Shown: one piece after another, positions 27,813 through 37,988 of the stretch | Numbering within the stretch: position 1 is the first letter of the stretch | Layout: each line of letters starts with the position of its first letter | Source of the DNA: Oligoflexia bacterium | GTDB lineage: Bacteria > Bdellovibrionota > UBA1018 | Direction of reading: 5' to 3' | DNA length: 64,000 nucleotides | Assembly (NCBI GenBank): GCA_963758495.1 | Contig: CAVWVI010000004.1 | Location: 1,024,001-1,088,000, forward strand | Notes under the pieces: generated by a model | Databases searched by the model: none | Told to the model about the DNA's origin: nothing | What the model saw: only the letters and a program-made list of their open reading frames with translations | Translations under genes and position numbers: made by a program

Positions 27813-30041
27813 TTACGATAAAAATAGCATTTCCCGATATTTCGGAAGTGGCCAATAATCATCAGAAATGACTGATTCTAATTGATCACAAAGCTCCCGA
27901 ATTTCAGTCATGACATTTGAAATATCGAGCGAAAACATCTTCGCCTTTGCTTCTTCACTCGCTAAAGATTCTGCCTTACTCATTGCAGTCTCCAAGCTAG
28001 ATCTCTTCGTACTTAACGAATGGATCAATTCAGAAATTTTATTCAACATATCCGTCTGAGGAGCCATGACGCCAGCCATCTTAGCGGTAGCCACTGTCTG
28101 AACCAAAGTTCCGTGATAAGCAAACGCCGCAGGGAGAATTTGAGTATCTACCATTGCACGTAAGGTATCGACTTCAATCATCATATTTTTTAGATAACGC
28201 TCTAATCGAACATGAAATCTAGAAACTAATTCAGATTCAGCAAAAATTTCCAATCGAGATAACATTTCTTTCGATTTTGGAGTGACTAACTCTAAAAGTG
28301 CTTCTGGTGTTTTGCGAAGGTTTGGCAATTTTCTTTGCGCTGCTTCTTTAACCCATTCTTGTGAGTAATTATTTCCCTCAAATCGAATCGAACGAGTTTC
28401 CTTGATCCCTTCTCGAATCACTTCAAGGATGACTGCTTCCATTGTCTTGGCAGTTTTTCCCTTCTTCTTCAAAGAATCAATCAGTTCAGAAAATCCATCT
28501 GCAACAGCCGCATTCAAGAGGGTTACCGGAAAGGCAGTAGACGCAGAAGAACCGACTGCACGAAATTCAAATTTATTTCCTGTAAAAGCAAAGGGTGACG
28601 TTCTATTCCGATCGGTGTTATCTTTCATCACTTGGGGTAATTTATTTATACCCAATTGAATCACTGCAGCTTCAGCGCTCATGCCTGATACCGCCCCCTC
28701 CTCCAATTCATTCAAAATACGATTTAATAGATCCCCTAAAAAGACAGAAATAATTGCAGGAGGTGCTTCGTTTGCTCCCAGTCTGTGATCGTTCCCAGAA
28801 GAGGCAATTCCGGCTCTTAAAAGACCCGAATGTTTATAAACACCCTTGAGTATCCCCGTTAATACGAGTAAGAATCTTAAATTCTGCTGAGGAGTCTTTC
28901 CTGGGTCCAGTAAATTCTCGCCATTCAACTCCGCACTACTGGCCGTGACCATCATCGACCAGTTATTATGTTTACCGCTTCCATTGATTCCAGCAAATGG
29001 CTTTTCATGAAGCAAGACACTAAAGCCGTGTCGCATAGATACCTTTTTCAAGATCTCCATGGTTAATTGATTATGATCAGTTGCAATATTAGCTTCTTCA
29101 AAAATGGGAGCACTTTCAAATTGATTCGGCGCTACTTCGTTATGTCGTGTTTTGACAGGGACACCGAGTTTGTAAAGCTCATATTCCATTTCAGACATGA
29201 AGGCTTGTACTCTGGCAGGAATACTTCCAAAATAATGATCTTCCAGTTGTTGGCCCTTAGGTGGCTGTCCCCCTATCAAAGTTCGACCTGACATGACCAA
29301 ATCGGCTCGTAAATTATAAAAAGCTCGATCAATCAAAAAATATTCCTGTTCAACACCCAATGTAGGAACCACTCTCTTGATGCCAGTACCTCCAAAAATT
29401 TCGAGAAGTTCACAGGCCTTATGGGATAATACTTCCATACTTCGCAGAAGGCCCGTCTTCTCATCTAAAGCATGGCCATGATAACTAATAAATACAGAAG
29501 GAATGCAAAGCGTCTTTCCATTCACATGTTCCATGATAAATACAGGACTGGATGGATCCCATGCCGTATAACCACGAGCTTCGAATGTCGTACGCATCCC
29601 TCCTGATGGAAAGCTCGAGGCATCTGGCTCACTCTGGATCAATTGAGCGGCACTAAATTTTTCAAGGGTTCTGCCATTATCATCAAAACTGATAAATGCA
29701 TCGTGTTTTTCCGCTGTAGAACCCGTCTGTGGTTGAAACCAGTGACAGAAATGCGTGACTCCGCGAGCAAGAGCCCATTCCTTAATTGCATTCGCTACCA
29801 CATTAGCAATCTCTCGATCTAATGTCTTACCCGTATCAATAGTTGAAACTAATTTTGTGTAAATATCTTTTGGAAGCTTTTCTCTCATCTTATGGATATC
29901 AAAAGTATTCACACCATAAAACTCAGAAACCCTTTGCCGTTTACCGTTTTCATCCCTCGGTGGATCAAACTTTCGAGGTACGCGTGTACTTAAATCCCTG
30001 ATTGCATTAAACCGAGCTTTCGCTCCTGTACCCATACTCAT
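27813..30041 (-). CDS. glnA: Glutamine synthetase type III
   Basis: 742 aa; THFCHWFQPQTGSTAEKHD, EPDASSFPSGGMRTTFEARGYTAWD, HEKPFAGINGSGKHNNWS, DRNRTSPFAFTGNKFEFR, WPLPKYREMLF. Confidence 0.96.
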   Translation of the reverse strand: MSMGTGAKARFNAIRDLSTRVPRKFDPPRDENGKRQRVSEFYGVNTFDIHKMREKLPKDIYTKLVSTIDTGKTLDREIANVVANAIKEWALARGVTHFCHWFQPQTGSTAEKHDAFISFDDNGRTLEKFSAAQLIQSEPDASSFPSGGMRTTFEARGYTAWDPSSPVFIMEHVNGKTLCIPSVFISYHGHALDEKTGLLRSMEVLSHKACELLEIFGGTGIKRVVPTLGVEQEYFLIDRAFYNLRADLVMSGRTLIGGQPPKGQQLEDHYFGSIPARVQAFMSEMEYELYKLGVPVKTRHNEVAPNQFESAPIFEEANIATDHNQLTMEILKKVSMRHGFSVLLHEKPFAGINGSGKHNNWSMMVTASSAELNGENLLDPGKTPQQNLRFLLVLTGILKGVYKHSGLLRAGIASSGNDHRLGANEAPPAIISVFLGDLLNRILNELEEGAVSGMSAEAAVIQLGINKLPQVMKDNTDRNRTSPFAFTGNKFEFRAVGSSASTAFPVTLLNAAVADGFSELIDSLKKKGKTAKTMEAVILEVIREGIKETRSIRFEGNNYSQEWVKEAAQRKLPNLRKTPEALLELVTPKSKEMLSRLEIFAESELVSRFHVRLERYLKNMMIEVDTLRAMVDTQILPAAFAYHGTLVQTVATAKMAGVMAPQTDMLNKISELIHSLSTKRSSLETAMSKAESLASEEAKAKMFSLDISNVMTEIRELCDQLESVISDDYWPLPKYREMLFLS

Positions 30042-30113
30042 GAGTGTGTCTCCTTAGCTTCCGATTATCAATTGAGGGACGGACACCATGCCAATCCCTA
30101 CGAATAAACATAG

Positions 30114-32228
30114 CTAATGACTATCAAAAGATCTACAGGCTTTTAGGCTCTTCGCCACGAGTTCGGCCTCACTGACCCACTTGATCAGATCACTTCGAGC
30201 ACTTGACTCCGTGCTATTTCCGAGCGAGCTAGCAAATCGGACCGTTTCAGCATATTCCAATAGTGCTACGATTTGACTCCAAAGAGGTGCTGGAAGACCT
30301 TTTTCTTGAACCAGAAGATCTCCTAATTGGGCCCGAGAAAACCCCCTCGCGCCAACCTGAAAAACTTTATCTATTTCATCAAATACAGCCTCAGTCAGTA
30401 ACTCATAGAGTTCACTGATCTCTTGCCATGACGCTCCAGATGACGCTCCAAGGGAAGCATTCTTTGCTCGACTTTGGAGATCACTCCACTGCTGGAGATC
30501 ATCTCCTATTTTTGCACGCCGTAGACGTCTGATTTTTGTTGCTCCCCGCTTAAATAGATCAACTCCTACAAACCCTATAAACGCCCCCAATGCTACTACC
30601 CAGCCCCAATAAAGGAGATGCCAAGTTAACTCCAATCCACTTTTTTGATTGACAATTTCAGTGGGTGATTTCAAATCTCTTAAATTCTCTACTTTCGCTC
30701 CAGGATTTGATGAATGAGAATTCTCGTTTATTTTATTTTTTCCGATGGGTACCAATGCGCTCCCCGGCGCAGGTTCAAGTACATGGAGCTGAATCGCTTC
30801 AGTCGATTGAGTGTAATATTGATTTTTGTTAGGATCAAAAAATCCAAACTGAAGAGGAGGTAATTCTAATTTTCCAGGTACCCGAGGTATCAGTAAAAAT
30901 TCAAAAACTTTTTCACCCACTCCTTGAGATCCAGCTTGCGATCGACCTTTTGAATCATATAATTCGATAGTTTCAGGCCATTTATTCTTGGGCTCCTCCA
31001 AAGTCGCATAATTTCCACGCCCCTCCACCTTCACAGTTAAAGTAACCGCCTCATTAGCACGGACCTCATACTTATCCACTGCTGAAGTCACTTGAAAATC
31101 CCCTACACCCCCCACAAAATTTTCAGGCCGTCCCTGTGAGGGCAAAGATTTTACATCAATATTTTGCTTTTCACTCTGTGCACTTCCAACCCGAGGTGAA
31201 AGTTGCTGAAAAAATCCAAAAAAGGGATCTTCTTCGCCAAACGGGCTATTACGAAGATTAGAATAATAATTAAACTTTACCGCCATCGAATCAATAGTCA
31301 GCTTCCCTTCTTGTATGGGATAGGCAGCATATCGTGCCAAGAGCCATCTTTCGTATGGAACTCCATTCAGGGTGACACGCTCAGGCTCCATTCGCTGAGT
31401 AATAATGGGCATGTCTAAATCTTCTCGAAGGAATCCACTTAATATAGGAAATTTTTCAACTTGGAGATTAAATACCTTACCTTGGTGATAAAAATAATAA
31501 CTGACAATGAGCTGCTCTCCTTTATAAGCGGTATTTTTAGCCACTTCTGCGCGTAGCATTGCATTTTGTGCACTGCGTGCATTGGGAGCATTGGGCGTAT
31601 TACGCCCAATAGCGCTATTGGGTCTCGACATTCTATAACTAGGAGAACTATAACCCGGCGAAGAAGGTGGTGGAGCACTTCCCTGACCTCCGCCTTGGCC
31701 TCCTCCTGGAATGATCTGTAACTCAATGGGGTTCGCCTTATATAGTTTGCCATCCACTTCAACTTGGATTCCTGAAATTTCATACTTTCCAGGCTTTAAA
31801 GTCTCTGAGGGCTGCAAGACTTTGGTAATTTGCTGAACATTTTCCATTGATATCTGACCCAAACTAGAATCATATTGAGTACTCACTGAAACTGATTTGG
31901 AATTGCTCACTTCCTCAAAACCCCGTGCAATAATTTGGGGTTCACTGACCTTCGCATTACCGTGCGTTCTTATCAAAAGATTGAGGGTGACAGTGTCGCT
32001 GAGAGTCAGTTGAGATCGATCTACTTCAGCAGAGAATTCAACCTCACTCGCATATGCCAAACTACACTGCCCTAAACGAGTGGATGTTAAGTCTAAGCCT
32101 AAGTCTAAGCTTAGACTTAGAGTGAGGACCAGAGCTAGACCCAAACCTAGTCGTGTACAAAAACCTAGGGCATTTGATCTCCAGCTATTCTGCTTACCAA
32201 TCTTTCGGGTTATTTTGTGATTTAGCAT
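30114..32228 (-). CDS. batD: BatD-family protein
   Basis: Signal/TM, repeated Ig-like domains (FSAEVDRSQL, AYKGEQLIVSY, VKVEGRGN), TM, C-terminal helical domain; last gene of the Bat operon. Start uncertain. Confidence 0.85.
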   Translation of the reverse strand: MLNHKITRKIGKQNSWRSNALGFCTRLGLGLALVLTLSLSLDLGLDLTSTRLGQCSLAYASEVEFSAEVDRSQLTLSDTVTLNLLIRTHGNAKVSEPQIIARGFEEVSNSKSVSVSTQYDSSLGQISMENVQQITKVLQPSETLKPGKYEISGIQVEVDGKLYKANPIELQIIPGGGQGGGQGSAPPPSSPGYSSPSYRMSRPNSAIGRNTPNAPNARSAQNAMLRAEVAKNTAYKGEQLIVSYYFYHQGKVFNLQVEKFPILSGFLREDLDMPIITQRMEPERVTLNGVPYERWLLARYAAYPIQEGKLTIDSMAVKFNYYSNLRNSPFGEEDPFFGFFQQLSPRVGSAQSEKQNIDVKSLPSQGRPENFVGGVGDFQVTSAVDKYEVRANEAVTLTVKVEGRGNYATLEEPKNKWPETIELYDSKGRSQAGSQGVGEKVFEFLLIPRVPGKLELPPLQFGFFDPNKNQYYTQSTEAIQLHVLEPAPGSALVPIGKNKINENSHSSNPGAKVENLRDLKSPTEIVNQKSGLELTWHLLYWGWVVALGAFIGFVGVDLFKRGATKIRRLRRAKIGDDLQQWSDLQSRAKNASLGASSGASWQEISELYELLTEAVFDEIDKVFQVGARGFSRAQLGDLLVQEKGLPAPLWSQIVALLEYAETVRFASSLGNSTESSARSDLIKWVSEAELVAKSLKACRSFDSH

Positions 32229-34077
32229 GTTGAGTTTGTAGTTTCTCCTGAAGTGCACGCTCGCGCGTGGTGAGCTCAGACATTACTCGATCGGCGTCTT
32301 CGGGTTTCATCTTTTTAGATTCAAATTTTTGATTTCGAGAATTTTTTAAACTCTCTTTATATGGACGAGACTCGTCTTTTCCTTGCTCTTGATCTTGTTC
32401 ATGTTCTGGGCTTTGACTTTGACCTTGTTTGTTTTTTTCATCTTTTGACTTTTGATCTTGAGCCCCTTTGCTCTCTTTTTTTTCATCTTTTGAATTTGAA
32501 GAGGAGTCTTTCTTATCATTTTCTTTATTTTTACTCTTTTCCTGCCCCTTGTTCTCTTCCTGTTCTTTTTGCTGTTTTTGTTGTTGCTGTTCCTGCTGCT
32601 GTTGTTCTTTGGGGGGATCAATCAGCAATTGTAGATTTTTTCGGGCTTCATTTTCTAGTACGGGATTTTTACTTTCAATTGCAGAACGAATTGCTTCCAC
32701 ATAGGAACGGACAGCATTTTTCACATCTCCTTTTTTTGTATAAGCATTGCCTAAATTATAAAATGATTTTCCTAATAATGTCTTATCTTGCTTGCCCATG
32801 GCCGATCGGGCGGAGCCTTGAAAAGCTTCGATTGCCTGATCAGTTGCACCTTGCTGCAATTGAACTACTCCCTGATTGAATTCAAGCTCAGGACGCGTAG
32901 GATCTCTTGCCTGAGCTGCGCCAAAATTCTTCTGCGCTTCCTCAATCTTCCCTTCCTGATAAGCTCGAATCCCTTTTTGATTCTCTAAATAAGTATCAAG
33001 TCCAGCTGCTCTAGCCAGTGGACTTATGAAAAACAGCAAGCAAATAGCTAACTTTCTAGAAGGAATTGAAAGTTCTAATAAAAAAAGAATGACTGCAATA
33101 AAAAGTGGTATCTGATATCGATCTTCATATACAAGATAATGACGTTCCGCATAATCCGTGCGAACCATCGCGCCCATATCGTTCAATATCTCTTCAACTT
33201 CACTTTCACCTATCGTTGCACTCCAATACTTTCCTCCGGCTGCATCACTTAATTCCTTAAGGAACTCGGGTCGAAAAGTGCTCACAATAGGGTCGCCAGA
33301 ACGATTTCTTTTATATCCGACTACATTATCTTTATCATCTTTGACAGGAACGGGCCCACCCTTTGCTGTGCCCACACCCAGAATATAAAGCTTTGTGCCA
33401 GTCTCTTTAAATTTTGCTGCTATTTTCATCGCTTGATTTTCGTGATCCTCACCATCAGAAATGAGAATAACGATACGAGAGGGAAGCACTCCGGACTGGG
33501 TCGGAGCATTGACCTCTTGTGCGCCTCTTTCCAGGGATTTAAAGGCCGTCTCTAAACCCATTCCAACGTCAGTCCCCTGACTTTGAATCATTTTTGGGCC
33601 AAGGATCTGGACCGTGTCCCATAAATAAGAAAGATCCGATGTCAGAGGACATGCAACATAAGAACTCGCGGCAAATGCAACGGCTCCCACACGATCTCCC
33701 TGTAATCGAGTCACTATGGATCGAGCCAAGTGCTTGGCTTTTTGGAGTCGACTGGGAACCACATCTGCAACATCCATACTATTAGAAACATCCAAAGCTA
33801 ACATGATATCCAGTCCCGAAACTTGAACTGTTTCCTCATGAGAGCCGTATTGAGGTCGCGCTAATGCCAAAAATGAAAACCCCAATGCTAAGAGCCAAAG
33901 TCTACCTTTACGAACTCGATGGGTCATATCCATCTCAGGTGAGATAGATGACCAAAGCTTTTTACCTGCAAAACGCGAGAATTGCGCTTGCCTGCGCTTT
34001 TCATCCATTAAAAGCACAGCATAAAAAATAGGTAAAACTAAAATCCCCCAGAGCCAAACGGGTGAAACAAACTTCAA
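32194..34077 (-). CDS. batB: VWA + TPR protein (BatB-BatC fusion) with Q/E/K-rich tail
   Basis: LARPQYG, MIDAS DVSNSM, ISDGEDH, TPRs (FYNLGNAY), C-terminal KDW; TTG 34077 with GGAGGA RBS overlaps the batA stop. Confidence 0.88.
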   Translation of the reverse strand: MKFVSPVWLWGILVLPIFYAVLLMDEKRRQAQFSRFAGKKLWSSISPEMDMTHRVRKGRLWLLALGFSFLALARPQYGSHEETVQVSGLDIMLALDVSNSMDVADVVPSRLQKAKHLARSIVTRLQGDRVGAVAFAASSYVACPLTSDLSYLWDTVQILGPKMIQSQGTDVGMGLETAFKSLERGAQEVNAPTQSGVLPSRIVILISDGEDHENQAMKIAAKFKETGTKLYILGVGTAKGGPVPVKDDKDNVVGYKRNRSGDPIVSTFRPEFLKELSDAAGGKYWSATIGESEVEEILNDMGAMVRTDYAERHYLVYEDRYQIPLFIAVILFLLELSIPSRKLAICLLFFISPLARAAGLDTYLENQKGIRAYQEGKIEEAQKNFGAAQARDPTRPELEFNQGVVQLQQGATDQAIEAFQGSARSAMGKQDKTLLGKSFYNLGNAYTKKGDVKNAVRSYVEAIRSAIESKNPVLENEARKNLQLLIDPPKEQQQQEQQQQKQQKEQEENKGQEKSKNKENDKKDSSSNSKDEKKESKGAQDQKSKDEKNKQGQSQSPEHEQDQEQGKDESRPYKESLKNSRNQKFESKKMKPEDADRVMSELTTRERALQEKLQTQHAKSQNNPKDW

Positions 34078-35057
34078 GGTAGAATCCTCCACCATCCCCG
34101 AGCTAAGAGCTGTTCAATCATGAGGATTAAGATTCCTAATTTGAGAGGCCATTGAAAACCTTCCTCATATCTAACTTTTTCCTTCGCTTTAACATCACTT
34201 TTTTCAAGCTGATTGATTTCATTGAATACTGACCCCAAAGCGCTTTCATCCGTTACTCGGTAAAATTTTCCATTGGTTATTTTAGCAATGAGTTGAAGCA
34301 GTTCAGGATTCAGAGCATTTTCAAACCATTGATAAGTGGTCACATTATTACCAAATACACCCTTATGATGAATCGGCATTTTAACTCGCCCTTCTCTCCC
34401 AATTGCTATAGTGTAAACACGAATTCCGTAACCTGCTGCAAGTTCTCCAGCCGTTGCAGGATCAACTTGACCTAAATTATTATCCCCATCCGTCAGTAGG
34501 ATCACGACTCGGCTTTTCGCTTTGGAAGACCTGAGATGCCCTACCGCAAGGGCAAGTCCATCTCCAATAGCCGTCCCATCTTTTAGCACTCCAATGCTTG
34601 CCTGATGAAGAGAGCGCACCAGCAAGCCGTAATCCAGCGTGGGGGGAACCATGGTGAGTGGTTCTCCACTGAACATCACAAATCCTATACGATCATTCTG
34701 TCGACCCTTAATAAAATTTTCCATCGTATCTTTAGCCACATCAATACGAGATCGGTCAGCTAGATCCTCAATATTCATACTCGCCGAAACATCAAGGAGC
34801 ATGACAATATCAACCCCACTGGAGGTTCTTTCCATTTGACGAAAACTATCTTGCGGTCGGGCTAAAGCGAAAATGAGAAGTGCCAAACCCAAATATTTTA
34901 AACCTAACAAAATCTTAAGAGGATTCTTTGTCGCAACAGATCTCGGTATGGGGAGAGAAAATCGAACGCGAGCTGGCTTATTGCGAATCAACCACCATCG
35001 ATGAAGAAGAGGGATCAAAACCAATAAAATTAAAAAAAAGCCATTACCGAGCCGCAC
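34074..35057 (-). CDS. batA: VWA domain protein BatA
   Basis: ALARPQ, DVSASM, DGTAIGDGL, ILLTDGDNN, GIRVYTIAIG, INQLEKS. Confidence 0.92.
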   Translation of the reverse strand: MRLGNGFFLILLVLIPLLHRWWLIRNKPARVRFSLPIPRSVATKNPLKILLGLKYLGLALLIFALARPQDSFRQMERTSSGVDIVMLLDVSASMNIEDLADRSRIDVAKDTMENFIKGRQNDRIGFVMFSGEPLTMVPPTLDYGLLVRSLHQASIGVLKDGTAIGDGLALAVGHLRSSKAKSRVVILLTDGDNNLGQVDPATAGELAAGYGIRVYTIAIGREGRVKMPIHHKGVFGNNVTTYQWFENALNPELLQLIAKITNGKFYRVTDESALGSVFNEINQLEKSDVKAKEKVRYEEGFQWPLKLGILILMIEQLLARGWWRILP

Positions 35058-36156
35058 TTCTATCCCCTCCTACTACAGGATTTGAGAGAGTTGCCGGTCG
35101 ACAAGTCTTCAAAATAAATTCCTTAGTAATCCCGATCAATTGTTTAGCCTCGTCCATATCTGGAACATGGTCCGTAAATTTAACCCGATCTAATTTTTCA
35201 AAAAGAGTTTGAAGTGTCTCAATAACAACAAATTCTAACGACGACTCTTGATCTTTTAAAATCGTAATCATTTCTCTCGTCGTTGATTCAGGAGCATCAA
35301 ATCGATACCGACTTCCAATATAAATTTTTAATATTTCAGAAATTTTGAAATAATGAGCTTTGAATTTTCCTTGTTTTATAAACTCCTGTCGATCCAACGC
35401 AGTGAGACTTTCCAAAGCAATTTCATCTTCTGAACGATAGATTTCTATCTGCTTCACCTGGAATGGTTTTTTCGCTTTTCTCCAACGATAAATCCCATAA
35501 ATGGCAAATCCAATAACGATCACGCCCAGGATGGCAAGAGTAATCATCACCCACCATGGAAACTGTAAAGAGAGAGGAGGCTCCAAAGCCTCTGGTTCTT
35601 TAGGACGAGGATCATCTGCCTGAATAGCAGATGAGACTTCCAGATTAAAAGGGTTTGTCCTCGCCAAGATTTTTCCTGATGCATCTTTCAATACAACTGA
35701 AGGAATCGTTAATTGTCCCGGTTTAAGAGGGGTAGCTGAAATGAAATACTCAGAACCCGCAGTATTGAGTTCAAGACTCCATCCCTGCTCTTGTAAGTCT
35801 ACGGCTGAAGATAAATCTAAACTCCCGTTCAATGACAAGCCACTGGGTATGCCACTGATTTTTAATTTGATCTTGTCACCTACCTTGGCTGGTACCTTTT
35901 TTTCTAGAGGATCAAGTACTCGTTCCAAATCATAGGCCAAATCATGGGTCGAAGCAGATAATGACGAAATACCCACAGGGCTTTTAGGTTCGCTTTCTAC
36001 CGACCACCCTAAAGAAGACTGAAAAGTCCCGAAGGTAATGACTCCTAAAATAGAGAGTACAGCTCCGTAATATTCTCTGTAATATTCTCTGTAATATTGA
36101 TGATGATCATTTTCGGCGCGATCGCGCTCGAAAAAAGCGTACCACGGCTTCGCCAT
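35044..36156 (-). CDS. Bat-operon membrane protein (Ig-like domain, TM, helical C-terminus)
   Basis: Position between DUF58 and batA; KAHYFKISEILKIYI...APESTTREM...DRVKF. Start uncertain. Confidence 0.75.
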   Translation of the reverse strand: MAKPWYAFFERDRAENDHHQYYREYYREYYGAVLSILGVITFGTFQSSLGWSVESEPKSPVGISSLSASTHDLAYDLERVLDPLEKKVPAKVGDKIKLKISGIPSGLSLNGSLDLSSAVDLQEQGWSLELNTAGSEYFISATPLKPGQLTIPSVVLKDASGKILARTNPFNLEVSSAIQADDPRPKEPEALEPPLSLQFPWWVMITLAILGVIVIGFAIYGIYRWRKAKKPFQVKQIEIYRSEDEIALESLTALDRQEFIKQGKFKAHYFKISEILKIYIGSRYRFDAPESTTREMITILKDQESSLEFVVIETLQTLFEKLDRVKFTDHVPDMDEAKQLIGITKEFILKTCRPATLSNPVVGGDRSAAR

Positions 36157-36982
36157 AATCTTCCTTCGTTAGAATTTTCAACATTTCTACGCGATTTTCT
36201 CGCAAAACAGTTTGAGTCTTTGCTTCAAACTCTGCTCGATACTCTTCAAACCATTTCTTAAACTGATAAGATGAAGTATCTACTAGCTGCTCCTGACCCG
36301 TTTCGGCATCAAATAGCAAAATATGTCCCACATCCGGGATCACAGCCTCTCGCTCATCTGCAATTGAAACCGCTACAACATCATGTTTTCTAGAAAGTCG
36401 TTTTAAAGCAACCTCATAATCATGAGCAATAAAGTCACTTATAACAAAAATGATTCCACTATGCTTCATAATCCGCCCAGTAGCCTCTAATGCTGCTTTC
36501 AAATGAGTTCCTTGACTCTTTGCCTTATGAGCTAAAAGATCATGAATCACTCTTTGGATATGTTGGCGACCTTTCTTTGGCGGAATAATATGCTCAACTT
36601 CTCCTGCAAAAATCAACACCCCAACTCGATCTCCTGCGTGGCTAGCGGCATAGGCAAGTATGCCTCCGATCTCCGCTACAATTTCTGATTTCAATTTGGC
36701 TGAAGAACCAAAATTTTCAGATCCTGAAACATCAACCACCAAAAATACTGAAAGCTCACGCTCCTCTTCGTAGATTTTTACTAAAGGATCTCTTGTTCTT
36801 GCGCTGACATTCCAATTAATATGACGAACATCATCACCGGGAACATAAAGTCGATGTTCAGAAAATTGAACACCATGTCCTTTGAAATGACTGCGATACT
36901 GCCCAGTAAGCACATCAGCCACGACTCTACGCGTAGTAATCTCAATCAAACGAACTTTATGTAATAATTCATCTGACAACAT
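36107..36982 (-). CDS. DUF58 family protein
   Basis: GQYRSHFKGHGVQFSEHRLYVPGDDVRHINWNVSAR, EEERELSVFLVVDVSGS. Confidence 0.93.
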   Translation of the reverse strand: MLSDELLHKVRLIEITTRRVVADVLTGQYRSHFKGHGVQFSEHRLYVPGDDVRHINWNVSARTRDPLVKIYEEERELSVFLVVDVSGSENFGSSAKLKSEIVAEIGGILAYAASHAGDRVGVLIFAGEVEHIIPPKKGRQHIQRVIHDLLAHKAKSQGTHLKAALEATGRIMKHSGIIFVISDFIAHDYEVALKRLSRKHDVVAVSIADEREAVIPDVGHILLFDAETGQEQLVDTSSYQFKKWFEEYRAEFEAKTQTVLRENRVEMLKILTKEDYGEAVVRFFRARSRRK

Positions 36983-36986
36983 GGTT

Positions 36987-37979
36987 TTAAGGAACTTCTA
37001 CGCGCTCTAAAATTTTTTTAATAATTTGCTCACTATCCACGCCATCCGCTTCTGCCTCAAAGGACACGAGCACTCGATGCCTCAGCACGTCATAAGCAAT
37101 AGATTTGACATCTTCCGGAGAAACAAACCCTCGATGTTGAATAAATGCATGAGCACGACTCGCTTTTGCTAATGCCAAAGTCGCTCGGGGAGATGCGCCC
37201 ACTTGAATCTGAGATTTAAGTTCAGGTATGCCTAGCTTTTCGGGAAACCGAGTTGCAAACACGATCCCCAAAATATAATCCTTCAACTTCTCATCCATAT
37301 AGATTTGAGCGCACACTTTTCTTGCATCTAAAAGAGTCTCTGGATGACAAATTTTATTGGTTTGAGGTGGTAAAACCCCCGACATTCGATTTAATATCCC
37401 CTTTTCTTCTGCTTGGGTCGGATAACCTACTTTTACTTTAAATAAAAATCGATCTAATTGCGCTTCAGGGAGTGGATAGGTCCCTTCCTGTTCGATTGGA
37501 TTTTGAGTTGCCAGCACAGTAAAAAGTTGCTGCATGGGGTAGGTAGTTTCACCAATCGTCACCTGATGTTCACCCATCGCTTCTAGCAAAGCACTCTGTA
37601 CCTTTGCCGGTGCACGATTGATTTCATCTGCCAAAACAAGGTTGGTAAAGATCGGTCCCTTCCTAGGGGTAAAATCACCTGTTTTCTGATTAAAAATCAT
37701 CGTCCCCACTAAATCTGCCGGCAGCAAATCGGGGGTAAATTGAATTCTTTGAAAATCAGCATGGATCACATTGGCCAATGTCTTAATCGTGAGCGTCTTC
37801 GCAAGCCCTGGCAGCCCCTCTAGTAAGACGTGGCCTTCGCATAACAATGCTAATAGAAGCCGCTCTATCAGGACCTTTTGACCAACAACCACTTTTGATG
37901 TTTCGCTAAGAATCGCATCAATAAAAAGGCTTTTCTGTTTAATCTCTTCAGTAAGTGAATGTACGTCGAGTGTAGACAT
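36987..37979 (-). CDS. moxR: MoxR family AAA+ ATPase
   Basis: GHVLLEGLPGLAKT, RIQFTPDLLPAD, LADEINRAPAKVQSALLEAM, ATQNPIEQEGTYPLPEAQLDRF, GASPRA. Confidence 0.96.
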   Translation of the reverse strand: MSTLDVHSLTEEIKQKSLFIDAILSETSKVVVGQKVLIERLLLALLCEGHVLLEGLPGLAKTLTIKTLANVIHADFQRIQFTPDLLPADLVGTMIFNQKTGDFTPRKGPIFTNLVLADEINRAPAKVQSALLEAMGEHQVTIGETTYPMQQLFTVLATQNPIEQEGTYPLPEAQLDRFLFKVKVGYPTQAEEKGILNRMSGVLPPQTNKICHPETLLDARKVCAQIYMDEKLKDYILGIVFATRFPEKLGIPELKSQIQVGASPRATLALAKASRAHAFIQHRGFVSPEDVKSIAYDVLRHRVLVSFEAEADGVDSEQIIKKILERVEVP

Positions 37980-37988
37980 ACAATTACC

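Noticed and set aside
32340..32620. Q/E/K-rich low-complexity tract and its shadow ORFs as a separate repeat system
   Set aside because: This is the ordinary disordered linker of BatC-type TPR proteins; the overlapping ORFs are compositional artefacts.
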